A stretch of 42,555 nt of DNA from Promethearchaeota archaeon (lineage in GTDB: Archaea > Asgardarchaeota > Lokiarchaeia > Sigyniarchaeales > SOKP01), in assembly GCA_019058245.1 (NCBI GenBank), contig JAHPZJ010000002.1, forward strand, positions 1 to 42,555, written 5' to 3'. Within the stretch, counting starts at the first letter, position 1; the number at the start of each line of letters is the position of its first letter. Made by a program: the position numbers and the translations under genes. Shown one piece after another: positions 10,182 through 18,549 of the stretch. The notes beneath the pieces were generated by a model. That model searched no databases. It saw only the letters and a list, made by a program, of their open reading frames with translations, and was not told the origin of the DNA.

Positions 10182-12341
10182 ATGAAGAAAAAACAAATTG
10201 TCGTATTACTGATAGTCTTCACCTTTTTAAATGTTGCGGCTATAGCAGTATTTTCAAATGCATCTCAAACATCCACAAAAACTTTAGATCGTGGAATAAA
10301 AGATTTAACACCTGAAGATTTGGGTGATAAAGAAATTGCTATACGCAAACAAGCTGCAGAAGTAGGAAGTGCGCTTGCAACTGGTGCTTCAGCTATAGGT
10401 GAACCTGCTGAGCTAGGTGATACATTTACTTTTGATCTTTCTGATGATTATTATGGTACTGAATACCCTGAAGAATTTGTTGTTTTATTAGAAGGAGAAC
10501 ATTGTCTTATTCTTATCACCACCGAAGCAAATGAAAGTTATGATGGTACATATTATCATTATGATAATCCATATGGTACATGGGGAGTAGATGAACACTT
10601 AATAACCCTTGAACAACTTGAATATTTGAAGAATGAATTTGATAATACAATTTATCCAAGGGTCACAGGTGTGTTTGGAGAACCTCTTCCCCGTGGTGAT
10701 GAGGGTCAAAAAATATGGACTTTAATATTCAATATCCGTGATGATTCTTATTATGATGATAGTGCTGAATCTTATGTAGTAGGATATTTCTCTGCTTCCA
10801 CTAGTGCTGAATACAACAAAAACATTATGCATATTGATACATATGATTGGGAAAATCGTGCTGGTCCCGGTACAAGCCAGGTTATGGAAGGTGTTTTTGC
10901 TCATGAATTTCAACATTTAGTACACTTTGATCAAGATCCTGATGAACCTTCTTGGGTAGATGAGGGATGTGCCGATTTAGCTAGTTATTTATGTGGTTAT
11001 GGGCATTGGACTAGCCATATATTCAATTATCTTGCTTATCACTGGTTTACACCCCTTACTTTCTGGGGAAATAGCTTAGCAGATTATGGAGCTAGTTATC
11101 TCTTTGCACTTTATCTCTATGAGCATTATGGAGGAGATGAATTCTTCCGAACTTTAGTTCAAGAACAAGCAAATGGTATTGAAGGCATTGAAAATGCTTT
11201 AAAAACAATGAGTTGTGGTCATGGTCATCGAAATCATCATCGTATTCCAAGTTTTAATGAAATATTTGATGATTGGACAATAGCGAACTATCTTGATGAT
11301 ACTACTAGAAAGGGTGGGAAATATGGTTATTATACCCTAGATATACCTAGTGATGATACAGGTGGTTGGTCGATGGATGATATACTATCCTATGGTTGGG
11401 GAGAGCCTATTTTTTCTGGAGATTGGGAATTAGCTGGCTGGTGGGGTTCCCCACAACCGTATACAGCACATTATTATAGATTCACTAATGATGACTGGGC
11501 TAAAGTATACATAGATGGAGCTGATACTTCAGGTACTCCTGCTTATAGTGGAACATATGAATGGTATTCTGATGCTAATGCTTGGGCTTGGCGCAGTTTT
11601 AGTCAAAATTTTACTATTCCTGAGGATGGTACAACTACTCTTAATTTCTATACCTACTTTGAGATAGAGGATGATTGGGATTATGGGTACGTAGAAGTTA
11701 ATGATGGGGGGCATTGGTATACATTAAATGATCCTTCATTTATGATGTATGTATACAATTCCATTACTGATGAGTATGATTATGTACCTATGAGAGATTT
11801 TGTAGCAATTGCGCAAGACAATCCAAACTGTCCTGCTGGTCGTGAGCCAACTGATTATGAAGCTGCTGGAGAATGGTATGGATTTACGGGTCTGAGTAAT
11901 GGTTGGGTGCCTGTGAGCATGGATTTAACCCCTTTTGCAGGTAAGAATATAGAGATTCACTTCCGCTTATGGCAGGATGGTGCATTTACACTACAAAATA
12001 TGTACGTTGATGATATTGAAATTACAAATGATGTATTTCCTCTTGATGATGTAGAGAGTGGAGAAAATGGTTGGACAACAGATGGTTGGTATATAACTGA
12101 TGGTATTCTCGAAAATAATTGGGAAGTTACAGTATTAAATTTAGATTATCCTCTTGTGGATCCAGAAGTTGTATTAGACTTGAATTATGTCCTTCATATG
12201 TGGGTTTGGTCTGGTACACAAAGTGGTATAATGTGGGTTTCACCCTCCAGAGAAAATAATATTCGATTAATCATTGTTAGCAATCGTGCTGATCATATCT
12301 TGACTTCTGATTATGTTATAGGTGTTAACGTAAGAGAGTAG
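10182..12341 (+). CDS. Secreted zinc metallopeptidase (M6 immune-inhibitor-A / M30-like) with C-terminal beta-rich domain
   Basis: Signal peptide MKKKQ followed by a hydrophobic stretch; HEFQH...WVDEG zincin motif; IEDDWDYGYVEV and YVDDI InhA-like C-terminal motifs. Confidence 0.82.
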   Translation: MKKKQIVVLLIVFTFLNVAAIAVFSNASQTSTKTLDRGIKDLTPEDLGDKEIAIRKQAAEVGSALATGASAIGEPAELGDTFTFDLSDDYYGTEYPEEFVVLLEGEHCLILITTEANESYDGTYYHYDNPYGTWGVDEHLITLEQLEYLKNEFDNTIYPRVTGVFGEPLPRGDEGQKIWTLIFNIRDDSYYDDSAESYVVGYFSASTSAEYNKNIMHIDTYDWENRAGPGTSQVMEGVFAHEFQHLVHFDQDPDEPSWVDEGCADLASYLCGYGHWTSHIFNYLAYHWFTPLTFWGNSLADYGASYLFALYLYEHYGGDEFFRTLVQEQANGIEGIENALKTMSCGHGHRNHHRIPSFNEIFDDWTIANYLDDTTRKGGKYGYYTLDIPSDDTGGWSMDDILSYGWGEPIFSGDWELAGWWGSPQPYTAHYYRFTNDDWAKVYIDGADTSGTPAYSGTYEWYSDANAWAWRSFSQNFTIPEDGTTTLNFYTYFEIEDDWDYGYVEVNDGGHWYTLNDPSFMMYVYNSITDEYDYVPMRDFVAIAQDNPNCPAGREPTDYEAAGEWYGFTGLSNGWVPVSMDLTPFAGKNIEIHFRLWQDGAFTLQNMYVDDIEITNDVFPLDDVESGENGWTTDGWYITDGILENNWEVTVLNLDYPLVDPEVVLDLNYVLHMWVWSGTQSGIMWVSPSRENNIRLIIVSNRADHILTSDYVIGVNVRE

Positions 12342-12373
12342 AAACGTTAAAAGTAAAAATAAATAATTAATAA

Positions 12374-12395
12374 TTTTTTTTTTTTATGTTTTTTC
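12374..12395 (+). terminator. Archaeal-type oligo-T terminator
   Basis: Long T runs about 30 nt after the peptidase stop codon. Confidence 0.5.
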
Positions 12396-12632
12396 TATGT
12401 TTAACTGAAATCCTTATTATATTAAAATTTCATAAAATTTACTTTAAGATGAAGGATATAGGAGAAATTTAATAATATCTGATTATTAATAATTTGAGAT
12501 AAAGAGTTAGGTTTTTTACTGAATCAATCAACTATATTATTATTTCTTGATAAGATATCTGCATTTTAAAAAATGTGTGTTTAGTTTAAAATAATCGATA
12601 ATGATTTTAATATTGAGCAATGGTATATTAGT

Positions 12633-13562
12633 TTGGAAATTAAAAAAATTCAAGAATTACTTGATAAATTAAGAGAGGATAACACATCTGGAGCAAGAGA
12701 ATTTATCGATAAAGCTCTTGAAATAGTTAAAACTCAACTTAAACTAATTAAAGATCCTCACAAAGATATAAGAGATAATATTATTAATTTATTGAATCAA
12801 ATAATCGATACACGCCCAAGTATGGCTCCTTTAATCAATACTGCGGGATATATTGTTAATAATTTGGAAAGTTTTTCTAAAATTGCGATAGAAGACAGAC
12901 TATCTCAGTTTAAAAACGATAGAGAAAAAAGATATAATTCTTTAGCGACAAATTTTCACAGTTTTTGGAAAAAAAAGAAATTAAAATCATTTAAAATAAT
13001 GTTAATATCCTATAGTTCAACAATTATTAATTTATTACTTAAAATAAAAAATTTTAACTTTGAAATTTATGTGTTGGAATCCAGACCATTACTTGAGGGG
13101 CAGCGTGTAGCAGAGATTTTATCCGTCTATTATAAAACACATCTAATTATTGATGCCGCAATTGGTTATTTTATCAAAGATATTGATGTAGTTTTAATAG
13201 GTGCCGACACTATATTAAAAGATGGTTCAATTATCAATAAAATTGGGACATTTCCGTTATGTTTATTAGCTCACACCCATAAAATAGAAGTTTATGGCGT
13301 ATGTGATTCCTTTAAATACAATTTAAAAAGTCATTATGACCAAAATGTTGAGATTTTGGAAAAACCAATTAATGAAGTTTATGACAAAGTGATAACAAAT
13401 AAATTTTTAGAGGTTCATAATTTTTATTTTGATATTACTCCACCACATTATATTTCTGGAATAATCTCAGATTTAGGTGTGTTAAGTATTTCTGAATTTT
13501 TAGAAGAAGTGAAAAAAATCCTTCCTATCGAGTGGTTTAAATATCTACTAAACGACAAATAA
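12633..13562 (+). CDS. eIF-2B alpha/beta/delta-family protein (TTG start)
   Basis: SGA, TRPSMAPL, ESRP, GADTI, NKIGT and FDITP motifs. Confidence 0.85.
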   Translation: MEIKKIQELLDKLREDNTSGAREFIDKALEIVKTQLKLIKDPHKDIRDNIINLLNQIIDTRPSMAPLINTAGYIVNNLESFSKIAIEDRLSQFKNDREKRYNSLATNFHSFWKKKKLKSFKIMLISYSSTIINLLLKIKNFNFEIYVLESRPLLEGQRVAEILSVYYKTHLIIDAAIGYFIKDIDVVLIGADTILKDGSIINKIGTFPLCLLAHTHKIEVYGVCDSFKYNLKSHYDQNVEILEKPINEVYDKVITNKFLEVHNFYFDITPPHYISGIISDLGVLSISEFLEEVKKILPIEWFKYLLNDK

Positions 13563-13564
13563 AT

Positions 13565-14812
13565 ATGAAATATAAATTAAAAATGAGTGTAGAAGAAATA
13601 CATAATAAACGAGAAGATTCTCATATAATAAGTAAAAAACTTAGTGAGGATAATGCATATCGGATAACAGAAAAACTGGCATTTCCTCGATTAGTGGGTT
13701 CAGAAGGGGAGAAAAAAGCATTAGCAATAATATCAGATGAATTTAAGAAGGCAGGTTATAATTCAATATACAAAGACAATTTTAAAACTTCCTTCTATAT
13801 CTGGAAAGTATTAAGATATGGATTTTTTCCAGCAGGGTTTTGTCTAATTCTTTTAGGATTAACATTTTTCATTAATCCATGGCTCACTATAGGATTAATT
13901 TTAATAAATATTTATATATGTACTAAGATACTTGGATTAGCTACTTCACGTGAAAATAAGCTATTAAAAAATGATGATAAAAATTTTACTACAGAAAACA
14001 TTTTTACTACTCTAAAAAGTAAGAATTCAAGAGCAAAAGTTATATTTATAGGACATTGGGATTCAAAATCCCAGACATTCCCTAGTTCATTAAGAATTAT
14101 TCTTTTCATGATTGCTCTTTTTGGATTTATAATAATTATCCTATTCTCTCTCATAGTTTCTATTATTCAATTATTATTTCCTTTCAATAATCTAATTTTA
14201 AATATTATAATGCTATGCTTCTGTATTTCAATAGCTTTAATTAGCAATTTAAATTATTTCAATAAAACAGGAAATAATTCACCTGGAGCTTATGATAATG
14301 CTGCAGCTGTAGGAGTAATTATTGAACTCGCTAGATATTATAAAAGCAATCCTATAGATAATATTGATTTTATATTTTTAAGTACTAGTTCTGAAGAATT
14401 AAACTTAGCTGGAGCAAAATTTTTCATTCAGAATTATAAAAAGGAACTAGAACGAACATCAACCTATTTTATTAACCTTGATCTTATTGGGGGTGATGAA
14501 CTGATTAGATTAATTACCTCGTATGGAATCCCTCGAAAATTATCCTCTAAGAAATTAAAAAAATTATTTTTAGAAAGTGCTAACAAATTAAATATTAAAA
14601 TAAAAGATATTTATGTACCCACTGGTGTATGGTCTGACTACATGCCAATTATTCAAGAAGGGTTTGAAGCCTGTTGGCTTGGTTCTCAGCTTGGGTTAAA
14701 ATATGTACATACTAAAAAGGATAATATGGATTTAGTAACAAAACAAGGAATAAAAAATATCCTTCTCTTATGTGAAGATGTTGTAAAAAATTTGAACAAT
14801 GAATATGACTAA
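13565..14812 (+). CDS. Membrane-embedded M28 family metallopeptidase
   Basis: GHWDS, GAYDNAAAV, SSEE, INLD, SDY and C-terminal HTKKD motifs; two transmembrane hairpins. Confidence 0.85.
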   Translation: MKYKLKMSVEEIHNKREDSHIISKKLSEDNAYRITEKLAFPRLVGSEGEKKALAIISDEFKKAGYNSIYKDNFKTSFYIWKVLRYGFFPAGFCLILLGLTFFINPWLTIGLILINIYICTKILGLATSRENKLLKNDDKNFTTENIFTTLKSKNSRAKVIFIGHWDSKSQTFPSSLRIILFMIALFGFIIIILFSLIVSIIQLLFPFNNLILNIIMLCFCISIALISNLNYFNKTGNNSPGAYDNAAAVGVIIELARYYKSNPIDNIDFIFLSTSSEELNLAGAKFFIQNYKKELERTSTYFINLDLIGGDELIRLITSYGIPRKLSSKKLKKLFLESANKLNIKIKDIYVPTGVWSDYMPIIQEGFEACWLGSQLGLKYVHTKKDNMDLVTKQGIKNILLLCEDVVKNLNNEYD

Positions 14813-14962
14813 TTATCTGATTTTTTTTTATAAAATTTCAATTATTTTTTTTAATCGAAATCTATAAAAGTTATAGGAAAAAATATACATAATTTAATTT
14901 TTATCCTAAGATTTATTTTTATGAAATTGATGATTTTAAAAATAACCTAAAGGTAAGTAAAA

Positions 14963-15952
14963 ATGATAACTCCAGAACAAATGAAAGAAATTTTAAAAGA
15001 ACATGTAATTAATCTTAGATTCCACGCTCGCGGTGGACAAGGAGGAGTCACTGCTTCTAATCTATGTGTGGAGGCATTCTATGGTTATGGAGTATGTCAA
15101 CCTTCATTTGGGGCAGAACGTATGGGATCTCCAACCGAGAGTTATGTTAGACTAAGTGCAAATGAGGATCTAGTAAGAACAAATGAACAGGTCTATGCTC
15201 CGCATGCTGTTTCAGTATTAGATCCTTCTCTTTTGGGAGAGATAGATGTAACAGCAGGAATTGCTCCAGGAGGATGGCTTATTGTAAATACAACAATGGA
15301 TCAAATTACTATTCAACAAGTTATTGGCCGAAAGGATGTAAACATTGCAACTATAGATGCATTAAACATTGCAATGGAAATTCTTGGTAGGAATATAACA
15401 AATACTATTATCTTAGGTGCTTTATTAAGAGTTATGCCAATTTTTTCTATTGATGCCTTAGCAGATGCAATAATGCAACGATTTAAAGGTGAAATTGCTG
15501 GTAAAAATGTTGCTGCTATTAAACGTGCTTTTGAGGAAACTTGTACATATGAGACTTCTGAAGCTTCTGATATTGATTTTAGTTTAGATACAAAAATTCG
15601 ATGGCAACAAGTTTATCCCGGATTACCAGGGTACAAAGACCTTGATAAGGCTGGAGTATGGTATTGTGATGAAGATGTTATAGAAATTGGGAGTAAGCAA
15701 GTCAATACAGGTTCTTGGGGTGAATGGGATATGATTTGGGATGAAGAAAAATGTACTGATTGTGCCCAATGTTGGTATATTTGCCCTGATTTTGCTATTA
15801 TGCGAGAAAAAGGAGAAGATGGACTATGGCACATGAAAGGTATTGACCAATCCCATTGTAAATCCTGTCAAAATTGTCTTGAAATTTGCCCAGTAGAGGC
15901 GATTACAAAAAAATTAAAACAAGGTCCAGCAGCTTGTGCTGCTCCAGAATAA
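14963..15952 (+). CDS. porC: Pyruvate/ketoisovalerate-type OFOR gamma subunit fused to the delta (2x[4Fe-4S]) subunit
   Basis: RFHARGGQG, FGAERMGSP and NTIILGA motifs, then TGSW, CTDCAQCWYICP and CKSCQNCLEICP. Confidence 0.9.
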   Translation: MITPEQMKEILKEHVINLRFHARGGQGGVTASNLCVEAFYGYGVCQPSFGAERMGSPTESYVRLSANEDLVRTNEQVYAPHAVSVLDPSLLGEIDVTAGIAPGGWLIVNTTMDQITIQQVIGRKDVNIATIDALNIAMEILGRNITNTIILGALLRVMPIFSIDALADAIMQRFKGEIAGKNVAAIKRAFEETCTYETSEASDIDFSLDTKIRWQQVYPGLPGYKDLDKAGVWYCDEDVIEIGSKQVNTGSWGEWDMIWDEEKCTDCAQCWYICPDFAIMREKGEDGLWHMKGIDQSHCKSCQNCLEICPVEAITKKLKQGPAACAAPE

Positions 15953-15965
15953 TTGAGGTGAAAAA

Positions 15966-17195
15966 ATGTCAATAGAACCTATGAGAATTTTTTTTAAGGA
16001 AATAAAGGAACCTATAGAAACTACCATGATTGGAAATTACGCAGTCGCAGGAGGAGTGACTCAAACTGATCCCGATGTGATATGCGCTTTTCCTATCACA
16101 CCACAAACTCAATCAGTTGAAGGCCTATCTGATGTTGTTCATAACGGAAGGTTAAAAGCAGCATTTGTAAATGTAGAATCAGAACTCGCAGCAATAAGTT
16201 TTTCTACAGCTGCATGCGCAGCAGGAGCAAGAGCTTTTACAGCCACAGCTAGTCAGGGCTATTTATTAATGACTGAAGCACTTCCTATGGCTGTAGGATG
16301 GAGATTACCTTTAACAATGATGATTTCCGCAAGAGCCTTTAATTCACCTAATCTATCTATTTGGAATTCATGGGAATATACTCAAACTAATTCTGAACTT
16401 GGCTGGAACATAATTGTATCTGAAAATGTTCAAGAAACATACGATGCTGCAATTCTCTCAGTTATGATTTCCGAAGATAGTTTATTTCCAACTATGTTTG
16501 TTCATGATGGGTTTATAATATCACATTCAGTTCAGAAATTGACTCTTATCCCAGATGAAACTGTCAGAAGAATGACTCCTAAAAAAACACGACATAGTAT
16601 TGATCCATCAAAACCAGGAACTTGGGGAGGTATTGTTACTCCTGCTTATTTTATGGAAGGAAGAGCAAATCTAGAAGAAGCAAAAAAACCTGTTTTAAGT
16701 CAAATGGAGAATACTTTCAATAAATTTAAAGCGGAAACAGGAAGAGAATATAATTTAATCGAAACATATAATTTAGATAATTCTTCTAAAACTGCTTTTT
16801 GTACAATGGGATCCATGTGTGGTAATATCATAAGTTGGATGACAAGAAATAAGGATGTTGGCTTGATTAAAATTAGAGCATATCGACCATTTCCATATAA
16901 TGAATTACGAAAAATTGTTGAAGAAAATAATTTAGAAAAATTAATTCTACTAGAAAAAAGTGACTCTTTGAATGGATTATTACCACCTTTTTCAATGTCA
17001 GTAGCGTCTGCCTTATATCCATTAGGAACAATTTTTAGAAGTTTTATCGTTGGGTTAGGAGGAAGGGATGTAACTCGAGATGAGTTTGACATAGCAAAAA
17101 GGAAAATGGAATCTGTATCAGATATGAAGGGACAATTATATCAATATCTCGGAGTACGAGAAACTAAAGAAAACATTTATGGGGTGGATAGATAA
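15966..17195 (+). CDS. porA: Pyruvate/ketoisovalerate-type OFOR alpha subunit
   Basis: AFPITPQT, VESE, TATASQG, DGFIISH and GLGGRD motifs; GAGGTG SD upstream. Confidence 0.9.
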   Translation: MSIEPMRIFFKEIKEPIETTMIGNYAVAGGVTQTDPDVICAFPITPQTQSVEGLSDVVHNGRLKAAFVNVESELAAISFSTAACAAGARAFTATASQGYLLMTEALPMAVGWRLPLTMMISARAFNSPNLSIWNSWEYTQTNSELGWNIIVSENVQETYDAAILSVMISEDSLFPTMFVHDGFIISHSVQKLTLIPDETVRRMTPKKTRHSIDPSKPGTWGGIVTPAYFMEGRANLEEAKKPVLSQMENTFNKFKAETGREYNLIETYNLDNSSKTAFCTMGSMCGNIISWMTRNKDVGLIKIRAYRPFPYNELRKIVEENNLEKLILLEKSDSLNGLLPPFSMSVASALYPLGTIFRSFIVGLGGRDVTRDEFDIAKRKMESVSDMKGQLYQYLGVRETKENIYGVDR

Positions 17196-17196
17196 A

Positions 17197-18285
17197 ATGT
17201 CAAAACCAGAGAGAAATATTATTAATTTTGAGGATATTTTAACGCGAGACGAAAAATGCAATGTTCTATTTTTCAATTATGATAATGAAGCTTTTATGAA
17301 CACTGGAATTCAAGAAAGTGGAGGAACCCCACCCTTTGCATCAACAACTACCGGTCCAGCAGGAGAGAGAATTCCTGGAAAAATTGGTGTAAAACAAGAC
17401 TTAATTACTCCATTTGCCTTCTATGGAACAAAGAAACTATTTTTAGCAACAGTAAATCCTGCTTATCCAAATGATTTTATGGGTAAAGTTGCTGATGCTC
17501 TTAAATCCAATGGTTCCGCCTTCATTCAAGCTTATTCAGATTGCATGAGAGGATGGAGACATGGAGCATCTGATGCATTAAGAATCTCAAAATTAGCAAC
17601 GGATTGTGGATATTGGCCTCTTTACACAGTAAGAGTAGAGGATGGAATTCCTGTATTTGCATATTATCGCGGGTTAGATATTGATAAAGATAAGTTTGTT
17701 GAATATCTAAAATCAATGGGTAAATTCCGGCATCTTTTTAAACCCAAGTTTATGGAAAAGGAAATTGACGAAATTATTTATTTAACTGAACGAAGAAATA
17801 TTAAATTGAAGAATCTTATAGAAGTATTTGGAGCAGAAAAACCTATTGAAGTTTACAGAGTAAATCGCAAGAAATTAAGCCCTCAAATTCACTTACAACC
17901 AGGTCATGGTTTATGTCCAGGGTGTGGAGCTGGAATGGTATTAAATCAAATGGCTACTGCAGCAACTGCAGTTGCGGATACAAATATAATTTATGTAAAT
18001 AATACAAGTTGTTCAGAAGTTTCCACTTCAAAAGATAATGTTACTTCATGGAACGTTCCTTGGGTGCATCACTTGTTTGAATCAGGTGCCACTGTTGCGG
18101 AAGCTATTTCAACTGCGAAAAAGATAATGAAAGCAAAAAATTTATATGACCATGAAATTCCTTGGGTCATCCATATAGGTGGAGATGGTTCTACATATGA
18201 TATTGGTTTTCAATTTCTTAAAGCTGCTCTTATAAGAACTAGTAGTTTTGTGGAAATGAATGAATACCTAAAAAACCAAAAATAA
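17197..18285 (+). CDS. porB: Pyruvate/ketoisovalerate-type OFOR beta subunit, circularly permuted
   Basis: The canonical C-half (YDNEAFMNTGIQ...C.RGW...GYWPLY) comes before the canonical N-half (GHGLCPGCG, TSCSEV, LFES, GGDGSTYDIGFQ). The likely start is ATG 17197, after a GGGGTGGA SD-like sequence and the porA stop. Confidence 0.88.
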   Translation: MSKPERNIINFEDILTRDEKCNVLFFNYDNEAFMNTGIQESGGTPPFASTTTGPAGERIPGKIGVKQDLITPFAFYGTKKLFLATVNPAYPNDFMGKVADALKSNGSAFIQAYSDCMRGWRHGASDALRISKLATDCGYWPLYTVRVEDGIPVFAYYRGLDIDKDKFVEYLKSMGKFRHLFKPKFMEKEIDEIIYLTERRNIKLKNLIEVFGAEKPIEVYRVNRKKLSPQIHLQPGHGLCPGCGAGMVLNQMATAATAVADTNIIYVNNTSCSEVSTSKDNVTSWNVPWVHHLFESGATVAEAISTAKKIMKAKNLYDHEIPWVIHIGGDGSTYDIGFQFLKAALIRTSSFVEMNEYLKNQK

Positions 18286-18549
18286 AGCCTTTTTGTATCA
18301 TTAAACTTTTTCTATTTTTTTTTTCGTTTTTGTAAATAAAACTATAATTGCAAACAGTAATAAATACAAAATTTTTCTTTATTAATTAAATTAAGAAAAT
18401 ACCATTTAATAAATTTAAATTAGAATTAGAGGAGTTATATCAATCTATTCAATTAATGACATCATCATATGATTGAATGATTTAATTAAAGAAAATTAAA
18501 ATAGTAGCTTTATTTTTCAATTTTATTCAAGTTTAGTGAGGAATTATTA

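Noticed and set aside
17179-17196. Upstream ATG for porB given by the ORF track
   Set aside because: It overlaps porA. ATG 17197 follows the porA stop and an SD-like GGGGTGGA.
162-18478. Short AT-rich palindromes (173-184, 3514-3526, 18464-18473)
   Set aside because: They are expected by chance at this base composition and share no consensus.
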